DNA from: Squalus acanthias
Lineage: Eukaryota
Assembly (NCBI GenBank): GCA_030390025.1
Contig: CM059432.1
Coordinates: 148,058,001-148,122,000 of the forward strand
Length of the DNA: 64,000 nucleotides
Direction: 5' to 3'
The notes under the pieces were generated by a model. It was given only the letters and a program-made list of their open reading frames with translations. It did not search any database and was not told where the DNA came from. Position numbers and translations under genes: made by a program. Positions 1-11,710 of the stretch are shown piece after piece; the first letter of the stretch is position 1, and each line of letters opens with the position of its first letter.

Positions 1-68
1 GGGTTTCTGTAGCCCTTCCGCCGAAGTCACAATAGACGGGCGGGAGATCCCCTGCGTAAATTCACCCC
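1..68. mobile_element. Right end of a Harbinger-type MITE, cut by the window edge
   Basis: Ends TAAATTCACCCC (reverse complement GGGGTGAATTTA), similar to other TIR ends in the window (e.g. 48442-48453). Confidence 0.35.
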
Positions 69-481
69 TGAGGTGTAGAAGGAATATACAATGGGGAGTG
101 GGAAGAAAGTGCCTTCACTCTCAAGGATGTCCGTACTCCTTTGTGGAGATATTTATCCTATCTCACTGTTAGGTGTGACATATTCTCCAGTTACCTTTTA
201 CTGTTGGACTCTTCAACAGAATGATTAATGAACACACAGTGCCAAGTTTTTGTTTTGATATCGATGACATATGTGTCTACATGTAATTTGATTCTGTGAT
301 TATACACATATCTCTATTTATAATGCTTGTAGGTTAAGGTTGACAGATGGCCTGCCTCACTGCTCTGCTAAACAAACTAATGTATTTTCTTTCTTTAAGT
401 GATTCCAATACCATGTCAGGAAGGCTGTGTGTTCTACAACAGTGACTCCTCATTTTTGCAACTTAGAGGCTTTCTTTGGTT

Positions 482-746
482 TAAGATTAGGGCTCATGGG
501 GTTGGGGGTAATATAGTAGCATGGATAGAGGATTGGTTAACGGACAAAAAACAGAGAGTCGGGATAAACGAGTCATTTTCTAGTTAGCAGGCTGTAACTA
601 GTGGGATGCCGCAAGGATCAGTGCTTGGGGCCTCAGCTATTGACAATCTATATTAGTGACTTAGATGAAGGGACCGAGTGCAGTGTATCCAAGTTTGCTG
701 ATGCTACAAAGCTAGGTGGGAAAGTAAGCTGTGAGGAGGACGCAAA
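482..746 (+). mobile_element. CR1 LINE reverse-transcriptase fragment
   Basis: Translates KIRAHGVGGNIVAWIEDWLTDKKQRVGIN..GMPQGSVLGPQL..IYISDLDEGTECSVSKFADATKLGG (RT PQG and FADD-type motifs); stop codon present; cut at 746 by a GGGCTGG TIR-like end. Confidence 0.9.
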
Positions 747-1648
747 GGGCTGGCTTTTACCAGCCCTGAGGAGGCGGGTCTGGAGGTGGGACTGCTGGGA
801 AAATCAAAAAGAATGGGAGCAGGTCCCGAACCCGCTCCCAACCCGCCTCCACCCTATCTTCCCGGGAGTCGGGTCCCCGATTTGCGCAGGGACCCGACCC
901 CTAGCAGCGGGAAGAGGATTACAGCCACTTAACTGCCTGTTAACAGGTAGTTAACAGACAGTTAAGAGGCTTTTTCCCATTTTGAGACTTCTGCTGTGAG
1001 CTTCCCGACATCGGGGAACCCCACCAGGGTAAGTGAGGCGTGCTGTGGGTCTGTTGTAATGATTGTGTATAGATGACAGCTGCAGAAGTGGTGTGAAGGA
1101 TCCAATGGGACACTGGTGAGTATCAGAGGTAAGGAAATGTTGGGAAAGTCATTTTTAATGTGTTTAGATTTTTCTGTAGGTGACAAGCTTTGAAGTGTTT
1201 GTGTGGCCTCACCTCAATGGGAGAAGTGACAGATCGCTCCTGTACCCTCACCTGCAGCTGCCATCTGTTTCATCCTAAGGAGAGAGTCACTGGAGAGCCT
1301 GGGTGAAAGGGCTCACCTTTGTACAGTGATTGTCAGTGTTTGACAGCACCTCAATGCTACCAGGATTGAACAGCTGCTATCTAGGTATCACGCAATATTC
1401 ATGCTCACTCCTCATTAACATGATTGTAGTTATGATTTTAGTCTTAAAACTCAAGCTCATTGGCGTTACACTGAACAGCTGAACCAATATCGGGGGCAGT
1501 CTAATTGCAACTCATGATTGCCACGGGCTTTTTCTACTACTTAAAGGGGAGGTTCATTGATGCTGCAGCACCTCATTGTCAAGCTTGTTGGGTCTGCAGC
1601 TGTCCCAACAGCAAAGCAACCAACAATCAGAAGATATCATGTGCAACC

Positions 1649-3537
1649 ATGGCAGACTGGAGATGGAGGGAGAGAGCCTGTAGGTTCTCAGATGAAGCTC
1701 TTCAGGCATTGGTGTTCACGGTGGAGAGGAGGTGGGGGGTCCTATACCCGCAAACTGGCAGAATGCCCTCGGCACAAATCTCCGGCACTATGTGGAGGGA
1801 GATTGCGGACCACATCACAAGCAACACAGTGGTCCCCAGGACCCACACCCAGTGCAGAAAGAAGTTTAACCACCTCACACGGGTGGTCAGGGTGAGTGAA
1901 GGCTTCAGCAAATGCCACATACCACCATCTGTACCACAGGCTACACACACTGCTCACTGCACCACACCCCCAGCACTCAGCCACCAACAATCTCTACCTA
2001 TCAACACTCACACCCACATTTCACACCTTGCACACAATGACAGCTATTCAACTATGGCAGGCACATCACCCAAACACATTGCTCCACACTCACTGACACA
2101 CTTCCCTTTCTCTTGAGGCTAAGGTCGCTCACAATCGGCAGGAGCAGGAGCAGACAGGCGAGGGCCAGGCGGACATTGAAGAGCTGAGCCAGCTGGAGAA
2201 TCGAGTGCTGGATATCATTGGGCGCCACGTCATCGACGCCGTGGCCACCGACGACGTTGGCCCCTTTGGGGACAACAAAGTCATGTTCATTCCTGATCCT
2301 TCTTCTCACATCACACTTCCCCCTCAGCCCACAATCTTTTCTCACTTTCAAGCTACTCATGTTGTATGCATGCATTTCTCTCTTCACCCCCCACCACCCC
2401 CCACCCCCCGCACCCCGTTCCTCAACATAACCCGGCTCTTGTGGCTTTCTGCTTTCAGATAATCAGCAAGCACCCGAGCAGCCTGTCCCCGAGGGCACCG
2501 CAGAGAGCGAGAGGGGAGAAGAGGAGGAGGAAGAAGACACCACGTCACTGCTTCTCTCGCTCGCAGACACCAGCTCAGATACTGGCACTACGTGTTCTTT
2601 AGAGGCTAGTGTAGTAGCGGGAACTGCACAGGGTGAGTCACTGGGGACGAGTGAGCTGTAGCAAAGGCCGGGGGGAAATTGTAGCTCGGGGACCAGCACC
2701 CCAGAGGGCGCGCTCGCGTGCGAGTTCCGCTGCACAGGACTCAGATGAGGACCTCGATGGGGAGTTCTTTAGAAGAAGGGTGATGGCCATTGACACGGAG
2801 ATGATAGGTGCAATGGCAAGGCTGCCAGAGAGCCTCTCGACAATGTCAAGGAGCGTGGAAGAGTTTGCCTCCAACGTTGCACAGGGCTCTGCACAGAGCA
2901 TGGAGCCCAGGATTTACAGTCTGGAAATGATGGTACACTCCCAGAGAGACCGTGGATAGCCAGGCGTGGTGGCACGCATGATAGGCAATGTCACAGCTTC
3001 CATTGCAGCACAAGCGAAAGTGACCCAACGTCTTAGTGCTGCAGCGGAAGCTCAGACTGCTCTCATGCAGGCTCAGCTTGAAGCCACGAAAGCTCTGACT
3101 GCTGCCATCGTGTCTGGGGCTTTCAGGGTGTTGCAGCAGGCCAGCAATCTGTGCTCCAACAGATTGCGAGGAATACTGAGGCCCCACCCCAGGGGAGTGA
3201 CAGTGGGTGAGTGGAGCAGGAACCTGCTGCCCTCTCTCAGGATGACAGCATTCCTGCTCCCACCACTGCCACTCCGCCAGAGCCCTTGTCGCTGCCTGTC
3301 AGCCAGCCAGCCCAGACTGCTGCCACACATGCCGAGGTGGTGCAGTCTACAGCCGGGCCTTCCAGGCCCACAGCTGGTCAAGGTCGTCCTGCAAGGCCAT
3401 CTGAAGTCTCCCGCATGGCAACTCAGCAGCCTTCCACCAGCCATGCTGCAGCCACTGGGGGAGCACTGCGTAGGAGCACTAGATCAGGAAAGGGCCCACG
3501 AAAGACAGACACTAAGGGATTGCACAAGGATGATTAG
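1649..3537 (+). pseudogene. Harbinger Myb/SANT-like DNA-binding partner gene, 3 exons (1649-1891, 2118-~2280, 2459-3537), disrupted
   Basis: Exon 1 MADWRWRERACRFSDEALQALV..WREIADHI..RTHTQCRKKFNHLTRVVR ends at a GTGAGT donor (1892), phase 0; exon 2 AKVAHNRQEQEQTGEG..; exon 3 follows TTTCAG (2458), with an acidic stretch, a helical region and an RRSTR..KG..HKDD end; in-frame TAG and frameshifts. Confidence 0.85.
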
Positions 3538-3714
3538 TTAATAGTTTTAATGTAAATATGTGTGATATGATTATAGATAAATTTATTAATTGTGTTTTGA
3601 ATCTTTTGCGGTGTCTCTCATTTCAGCTTTGCGCCCAGGAGGACGCTGTGATATACCGTGAGACAGGGATGGTATGATGTGAATGTGGTGAGCAAAGGCG
3701 ATCTGGGGTTTCAA

Positions 3715-4910
3715 TCATGCGAATCGGAGTCTGATGAGCTGGTCACGGACAGCCCATCTGGAAGGCCTATTGTCTGCCTGCCTCCTCCCTCCCTCCTGTT
3801 CCTTCGTCCTCCTCCTCCTCATCCTCTTCCTCCTAGTCCTCTTCCTCCTCCTCCTCCTCTCCTTTGTCCTCCTCCTGAGGTGGTCCCTTAATCCCTGGTG
3901 GCAAGGTCTGCGCCCTCATGATGGCCAAGTTGTGGAGCATGCAGCAGACCACCACAAAATGGGACATCCGCTCAGCCGAGTACTGGAGGGCTCCTCCTGA
4001 GTGGTCAAGGCAGCAGAACCGTTGCTTCAGTAGGCCGATGGTCTGCTCGATGATGTTCCTGGTGGCAGCATGGCTCTCATTATATGAGTTGTGGGCACAA
4101 GTGTTGGAGTGGCATAGGAGAGTCATGAGCCAGGTGGAGAGCGGATAGCCCTTGTCTCCAAGCAGCCACCCTCGAGCTTGATGTGGTGGCTGGAAGATTC
4201 CTGGCACACAGGTCTGGCTCAGGATGAAGGCATCGTGGCTGCTGCCAGGATTGCGGGCATTGACATTGAGGATTCACTGTGTGTGATCGCACACCAACTG
4301 CACATTAAGGTAGCCTTTGCGGTTAAGGAAGGTCTCAGGATCGTTATGCAGCGCCCGCAAAGCCGCGTGAGTGCAGTCGATGGTACCCTGCACCATGGGG
4401 AAGCCCGCTATCCTGGCAAAGCCACATGCACACTCGTTCTGCTTCTCTTTGGTGATGGGGAAGCCAACGTAGTCTCTTCTCCTGGTGTAGAGAGCCTCTG
4501 TGACCTCCCGGATGCAGTGATGGACGGCGAACCGTGAGATGTTAGCTGTGTCTCCTGCTGCAGACTGGAAGGATCCGCTGGCAAAGAAATTGAGGGCGAC
4601 GGTGACCTTGACTGCCACTGAGAGAGCCGTGGTTGCCCTAGTCTGAGGCTGGAGGTCTGGTTGCAGGAGGTGGCAAAGTTCTGTAACCACCTCCATGGTG
4701 AAGCGAAGCCTCCTAATATACTGCTCCTCACTTAAATGGAGGTAGGAGAAATGCTGTCAGACGACCCTAGGTGGTTAAGGCCTCCTGTTGAGAGCCCTGA
4801 TGGCCCTCCTCCTTCACCCTCTGCGCACATGTTCCAATCTTTCTCGCTGCCTCCGCTCCCTCCGGTGTAGATCCTGGAGGGTGAGGTCGACTGCCAGTAC
4901 AGGCCCCTAT
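3715..4910 (-). pseudogene. Harbinger (HARBI1-like) DDE transposase, disrupted
   Basis: Motifs [49 protein letters not shown] and an acidic tail; start mutated to ATA; frameshifted across ORFs 4274-4696 and 3833-4207. Confidence 0.92.
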
Positions 4911-5554
4911 GACTTATAGCAAGGGTTGTAGTTTGAAGCTTTTCAAAAATAATGAGGGAGTTTTGTACTTGCCAGAACACTCCCTGATACTAAATAACCT
5001 TGAAATAACTAAAGAATACTTTGGTAGTAGCAGGAGGTAGCACCCAGCCACTCAAACTGCAAAACCCTGTCGGATGCGAGTGATTGGTGATGATCCCTTT
5101 AAATAGCGTCGCTGGAGCCGGCTTCCTGCTGCTGCCGCCACCTCTACCTGTCCTTGCTTTCTCCAGCCGGTAACTGCAATGGCCAAAACCAAATTAGGAG
5201 ATCGGGCGTCAAGTGAGCATTGCACACTCACTGACGTCAGGATCTCTGTAATTTAAATGTCCGATCGAGTTTACCGGCATTGATACCGGCAACTCGGAAA
5301 TGTCGTCCGCCACTGGAACCGCCATCAGCGTGTGGCTCTGAAGACACGAATTTTTAGCCCTATTGCTTAGATTGTCAGAAGATCTAAGTGAAATTCCCTG
5401 GTCCCAATCCTCACACTTTTAAAGGTATTCTGCCCGCACACAGTGACACAGAAACAAGCCTCAATAAGTAATAAAGTTACACAAATATCACGAGTAATTT
5501 TATTGCTACACTATTAACTCTTCTGCCTATATCCTATCTGCACTGAGTCCCAAT

Positions 5555-5664
5555 CATCTAACATCTCAATCCTTGCTGATCTACATTGGCTCCTGGCCTC
5601 CCAACATCTCGAATTATAAAATTCTCATTTTCATGTTTAAATCCATTTCATGGCTTCACCACCC

Positions 5665-5665
<1 letters not shown>
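5555..5665 (+). mobile_element. Short L2-type LINE ORF2 3' remnant followed by a poly-C run
   Basis: Reads ILADLHWL..SQHLELxKILIFMFKS, resembling the L2 LHWLP..FKIL motif. Confidence 0.5.
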
Positions 5666-5696
<31 letters not shown>

Positions 5697-6098
5697 CCTC
5701 CTACACGGGTCCAGGCCAAGTAAACAGCCTGTACCCCCAAAGAACAGGACATTTTTGTAAAAAAGGCTAATAGTATCAGGCCCAAAAGATGTGTAAAAAA
5801 GTTCCCTGGCAAGGGTGCCTGCCAGGTGTGGACTTCCAGCAGCATTGAGCTGGCAGGTGTCCAAGATGCCCTCTGACCCCATGCAAATGAGGTTGGCTCC
5901 CACTGACCCCTCACACTCTGGCGAGGTCAGTGCTAGAGGACAGCAGTGTGTAATCCCGCCGGCTTCGAGGCCCGAGGATTTTTGGACCATTTAACTCAAT
6001 CTGTTCTGTTTTCCTTTTAACCCTTTTAACTTCTCTTTCCATGAAGAAATTCAAATGAAATAGGGTAGATACTTGAGGTTAAATTACATTTAACCTGA

Positions 6099-6770
6099 TG
6101 GGGGCGATTTACATTTTGATGCAGTCAGCAGGAGGCCCGATCAATTTTCGTGGTCGCGCCTCATTTAAATTAAATTGGCAAGTTGCCGGAGCTAATCACA
6201 CTTCTTATAGGCAGCTTGCCAATTCTGTTTTGGTGAGATCAACTAAACTGTAACTTAACAAAAAACACAACAAATGAAACTTAACAAATTAAATTAAAAT
6301 ATCATCTCCGGTGGCGGTGATGCACTCCAGTCCCTGCGGAGCTTGCCAATTGGGAGTGTGGGAAATGCAACAGGATAGCCCCCACTTAAAGGGAGCTTAC
6401 AGAGCCTTAAAGGGGAGGTGCACTTTTCAGAAGTGGTCAGAGGAGAGCAAGTTATTGAAGCATCAGGCAGCATGATGTCCAGTCCCACCAAAACCTTACA
6501 GCTATGGAGAGCAAGTGAGAAACAGGAAGGAGTTCCTCTTCCCATCTGATGGACAATGGTACCCTGACAAATAAATGAAAATTTGAGAGTTGGAAGATCG
6601 GGTCAATGCCAGTAACATTTCAAGGACATGGCTGCAGTACCGGAAGAAATTTAACAACCGTATCAGGACTGCCAAGGTAAATTCCTCTCATATTTCTCTT
6701 ACTTTCTGTACAGCCCTGCACCACCTGACTTTAGCCCCAGTGCTATCAATCATTCCCTCCCCTACTTCCC
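6099..6770 (+). mobile_element. Degenerate Harbinger end with Myb exon-1 remnant
   Basis: GGGGGCGATTT end, CTTAAAGGGGAGG motif as upstream of the Myb gene in A, and peptide RVNASNISRTWLQYRKKFNNRIRTAK followed by a GTAAAT donor. Confidence 0.6.
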
Positions 6771-9390
6771 ATAGAATCATAGAATTATAGAATCATAGAA
6801 TGGTTACAGCACGAAGGACATTCGGCCCGTCAAGCCCGTGCCGGCTCTCTGCAAGCGCACTTCAGCTAGGCTCACTCCCCCGCCCTTTCCCCGTAGCCCT
6901 GCAAATTACTTTCCTTCAGATACTTATCCAACACCCTTTTGAAAGCCATGATTGAGTCTGCCTCCACCACCCTTTCAGGCAGTGCATTCCAGATCTTAAC
7001 CACTCACTGCGTAAAAAAGTTTTTTCTTATGTCGCCTTTGGTTCTTCTGCCAATCACCTTAAATCTGTGTCCTCTGGTTCTCGACCCTTCTGCCAATGGG
7101 AACAGTTTCTCTCTATCTACTCTGTCCAGACCCCTCATGATTTTGAACACCTCTATCAAATCTCCTCTCAACCTTCTCTGCTCCAAGGAGAATAACCCCA
7201 GCTTCTCCAGTCTATCCATATAACTGAAGTCCCTCATTACCTGGAACCATTCTCGTAAATCTTTTCTGCACCCTCTCTAAGGCCTTCACATCCTTCCTAA
7301 AGTGCGGTGCCCAGAATTGGACACAAAACTCCAGTTGGGGCCGAACCAGTGTTTGATACAGGTTCATCATAATTTCCACAATTTTGGACTCTCTGGGGGA
7401 GAAATTCAGTATCGCCCCATTTGGGGCGCAATTATCGGCCGGGCGCAAAGATTAGCGCCTGGCGCTAATTATCGCCACCGACTGCAAACTTGACTTTTAT
7501 CGCCCCTGGAGGTGATTGCAGCGCTATATCAGGTGCTTCACACCTGTCTTAAGGCGCAAAGGCCGAGGAGCGAGGCGCTACCTCAGAGCGCTGGCGAAGC
7601 TCATGTAATGTCAGTCAGCAATGGAACACACACACAATGGCACGGGCCAGTTCTTAAAGGGGATGATTAATCTTGCTTTCCATCCACATCCTGCTCATTG
7701 CAGCCTTGAATCTCGGCCTGGAGAGACCTGCACATCAAATGTGCTGGAAAGAACAATGGAGAGTACCAGGCCAAGAGCTCAGAATGCAGCCCCCACAGTC
7801 TCTGCTAAATCGATACAAGGAATGGCAAATCAAAATGAACCTGCAAAGTGCTGCTCAGTACCCAAAACTCCTTCACACAATGTTGAATCTCTCCAGAAGT
7901 CTCTCCCTCTCTCTCTCAGAATGCGTAGTTCAAAAATGGCACCAACAATAAAAGGCAGGAAGCGGTCACATTTAAATAGCGCTCCCCCTTTCCCTTCATG
8001 ACTGCAGAACGCTCCCCTCAACCTGTCGTTGCTAGTGTCAGGCGGTAAGGCAGGGGGCGCCACTCAATATCCGCTCCGGGGCGATACCGGGGCGTTGCGC
8101 ACTCGAGTGACGTCATGATCTGCCGGCGCAGGAGATCGTGGCGGTAGTGTTTAGCGCCGCCGCAAAATGTCTAGTTAATTTCGCGAGTGGCGCAAACTTC
8201 GCCGCGCCTGGGCGCTAGATGCTTTGCGCCCCATTAGCGCCCTCTTAAGGTGCTAACGGGAGGCGCAACCAACTGAATTTTTCCCCCTATACCTCAATTT
8301 ATGAAGCCCAGGATCCCGTAAGCCTTTTTAACTGCTTTCTCAACCTGCCCTGCCACCTTCAACGATTTGTGCACACATACCCCCAGGTCTCTCTGTTCGT
8401 GCACTCACTTCATTGTACCATTTAGTTTATATGTCCTCTCCTCATTCTTTCTACCAAAATGTATCACTTCACACTTTTCTGCGTTAAATTTCATCTGCCA
8501 CATGTCCGCACATTTCACTAGCCTGTCTATGTCTTCCTGAAGTCTATCACTCTCCTCCTCTCTGTTCACTATACTTCCAAGTTTTGTCATCTGCAAATTT
8601 TGAAATTGTGCCCTATATACCCATGTCCAAGTCATTAATAATATATATCAGGAAAAGCAGTGGTCCGAGAACCAACCCTTGGGGAACACCACTGTATGCC
8701 TTCCTCCAGTCCGAAAAACAACCGTTCACCACTACTCTCTGTTTCCTATCACTTAGCCAATTCCGTATCCATGCTTTCACTGTCCCTTTTATTCCATGGG
8801 CTTCAACTTTGGTGGCAAGCCTATTATGTGGCACTTTGTCAAGCGCCTTTTGGAAATCCATGTACACTACGTCAACCGCATTACCCTCATCAACCCTCTC
8901 TATTACCTCATCAAAGAACTCAATCAAGTTAGTTAAACACTATTTGCCTTTAACAGATCCGTGCTGGCTTTCCTTAATTAATCCACACTTGTCCAAGTGA
9001 CTGTTAATTTTGTCCCTGATTACTATTTCTTAAAGCTTTCCCACTACCGAGGTCAAACTGACTGGCCTGTAGTTGCTGGGTTTACCTTTACACCCTTTTT
9101 TGAACAATGGTGCAACATTTGCAATTCTCCAGTCCTCTGGCATCACCCCCCGTGTCTAAGGAGGATTGGAATATTACGGCCAGTACCTCCACGATTTCCT
9201 CCCTCAATTCCCTCAGCATCCTAGGATGCATCCCATTTGCTCCTGGTGACTTATCTACTTTAAGTACAGCCAGCCTTTCTAATACCTCCTCTTTATCAAT
9301 TTTTATCCTATCAAGTATCTCCACGACCTCCTCCTTTACTATGTCTATGGCAGCATCCTCTTCCTTGGTGAAGACAGGTGCAAAGTGCTT
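6771..9390 (-). mobile_element. CR1 LINE, 5'-truncated, interrupted by a MITE
   Basis: (ATTCTATG)n-type tail at ~6771-6800; RT peptides [61 protein letters not shown]; resumes at 8288 after the MITE. Confidence 0.95.
7395..8287. mobile_element. 893-bp non-autonomous Harbinger (MITE), copy 1
   Basis: TIR GGGGGAGAAATTCAGT / ACTGAATTTTTCCCCC (15/16); flanks TCT/TAT (probable TAT TSD); splits the CR1; about 98% identical to 17271-18164 by eye. Confidence 0.93.
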
Positions 9391-10459
9391 TTGTCTTTTT
9401 TTTAAATCACAATGCACTCGCACACTCAACACCTGCTACAGCCCTCACAAACACTTTGCCCCCCTGACCACACTTACAGCTTCTTCCTCTCATCATGCAC
9501 ATTATGCTAAACTGCCTCAATCTGCTGCTTCCTCCTGTTGTAGCGAGAATGAAATTTCCAGAAGGACCCCTATGAAGATAAAAATGTTTTGCCTGAAAGC
9601 TCTTTAAGATTTCAAAACATTGTACAGCCTCTACAATCACTTCAACATCGTCAAAGTAGCAGCATTTTAGCTGAGAGCAGATGAGTATCTCTTGAAATGC
9701 CAATGAACAAGGTCACCTCCTAACTTGTTCTGGCCATGGTATGTGTGCAAGTAGAGAAACTGATGGTAACACATGGGTAGAAAGGATAGTGGCATCTGGG
9801 TCTTAAGTGACCCCAATTTTGCATTTTCACATTAGGATCCTGCCTATTTCAAGCAGGGTCTCTGGTCACCTACATTGAGGTTGGTCCAAAAATCGGAATG
9901 TGCAGACCTCCAGTGGTGAGTCAACGAGTCGAACCCCATGTGATTTTGGTCCGGTTACCACCCCAGGATTAGATTTCAAAACTTGTTCATGTTGGTATTT
10001 TATTTTGCGACATTAGAGCGATGGCAAAACTTTCTCCAGGCTCATTAATTTGTGGGATACTGGATAGTTAACAGGACTAAAACATTTCATTATTTTCATT
10101 GTAAGAGACATATGCATAGAAATTCAGGGGACTAGCGCCAGCCATTAAGGCCCGCTTTGAAGAAAAAATGGCGGCCGACTCGCTTCAGCTTGCTTCTGGT
10201 GGGTCCCGCGGCAGCCTCCACTTTGGGCAGGTCGGCAGCGCTGCCGTTGCCTGCGCTCGCTGCAGAAATGGAAATGAGGTAGATCGCGACGTCAGTGAGT
10301 GTGCAACGCTCACTTGACACACAATCTGCTATTTTCGCTGTCACTGCTCCACTTACCGGCCCTCTCTTAATCACGACTAGCTGACCAAGTGTTCAGCAGC
10401 AGGAAGGAGCCTCCAGCAGTGATATTTAAAGGGATCATCATCAACAACTTGCAGCTAAC

Positions 10460-11552
10460 ATGGTTTCACAAAGAGGCAGCAAAGAGGAGAAGATGCACAC
10501 AGAGGGAGGAGGAGGAGGGCCAGGAGGGCTCTCAACAGGAGGTCTTACCCACCTAGGGTCTTCCGAGAGCACTTCTCTTACACTGCTCCTCGCTTAAGTG
10601 GAGGTATCAGGAGGCTGCGCTTCACCAAGGAGGTGGTCACAGAACTCTACCACCTCCTGCAACCAGACCTGCAGCCTCAGACCAGGGTGACCACGGCTCT
10701 CCCAGTGGACCTCAAGGTCATCGTGGCCCTCAATTTTTTCGCCAGCGGATCTCTCCAGTCTGCAGCAAGAGACATAGCAAACATCTCCCAGATCACTGCA
10801 TCTGGGAGGTCACAGAGGCTCTCTACTTCAGGAGAAGGGACTTCATTGTCTTCTCTCTGAACAGAGAGAAGCAGGAGGAGCACACATGGGGCTTTGCCAG
10901 GATAGCGGGCTTCCCCATGGTGCAGGGCGCCGTCGACTGCATACACGTGGCTATGCGGATGCCGTGTAACAATCCTGAGATGTTCTGTAACTGCAAAGGC
11001 TACCACTCACTTAATGTGCAGTCTTGTGCAATCACGCCCAGCGCGTCATGATGGTGAATGCACGGTATCCTGGCAGCAGTCATGACGCCTTCATTCTGTG
11101 CCAGTCCGCTGTGTCAGCAATCTTCTAGCCACCATGTCAAACCCGAGGGTGGCTGTTCGGAGACAAGGACTATCTGCTCTGCATCTCCCCTCTGCAACTC
11201 CACCACTCGTACCCATCACTCATACAATGAGAGCCATGCTGCCACCAGGAACATCATCAAGCAGACCATCCGGGTGCTCAAGCATCGATTCCGCTGCCTT
11301 GACCACTTGGGAGGAGCTCTCCAGCAATCGCCGGATTGAGTGTCCCATTTTGTAGCGGTCTGCTGCATGCTTCACAACTTGGCCATCATGAGGGCACAGC
11401 CCTTGCTACGACAGATTGTGGAACTACCTCAAGAGGAGGAATGAGAGGAGGAGGAGGAAGAAGAGGAAGAGGAAGAGGAGGGAGGAGGAAGGCAGGCAGC
11501 AAATCTCTGTTCCAGATGGGCTGTCCGTGAGCGCCTCATTAGATTCTAGTGA
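10460..11552 (+). pseudogene. Harbinger DDE transposase, disrupted
   Basis: [59 protein letters not shown]; several frameshifts and deletions. Confidence 0.9.
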
Positions 11553-11710
11553 ATGAAACCCCAGATCTCCGTTGCTCACCACTTCCCCATCTTACCATCC
11601 CTCTGTCACGGAACATCACAGCGTCCTCCTGGGCACAAAGCTGAAATGAGAGCCACCACAAAACACACATTCCAAACAAAATTCATAAATTTATCTGAAA
11701 CCAATCAAAA

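Larger units (their letters stand above)
747..5360. mobile_element. Harbinger element A (decayed two-gene element; left end possibly chimeric)
   Basis: Left end GGGCTGGCTTTT, right end AATTTTTAGCCC; contains a Myb/SANT gene (+) and a DDE transposase (-) tail-to-tail. The flanking trinucleotides do not match and the CR1 does not resume after 5360. 747-1040 is homologous to the end of the MITE at 38124-38835. Confidence 0.8.

Noticed and set aside
370..587. Possible host exon after the TTTCTTTAAG acceptor
   Set aside because: No convincing donor or recognisable peptide; the ORF runs into CR1 sequence.
5666..5696. Long poly-C runs (also 24952-24985)
   Set aside because: Simple homopolymers of uncertain length; the poly-Pro/Gly ORFs over them are meaningless.
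7621..8001. 126-aa ORF shared by both 893-bp MITEs
   Set aside because: Shared only because the copies are ~98% identical; no recognisable domain, and it spans the inferred deletion junction.
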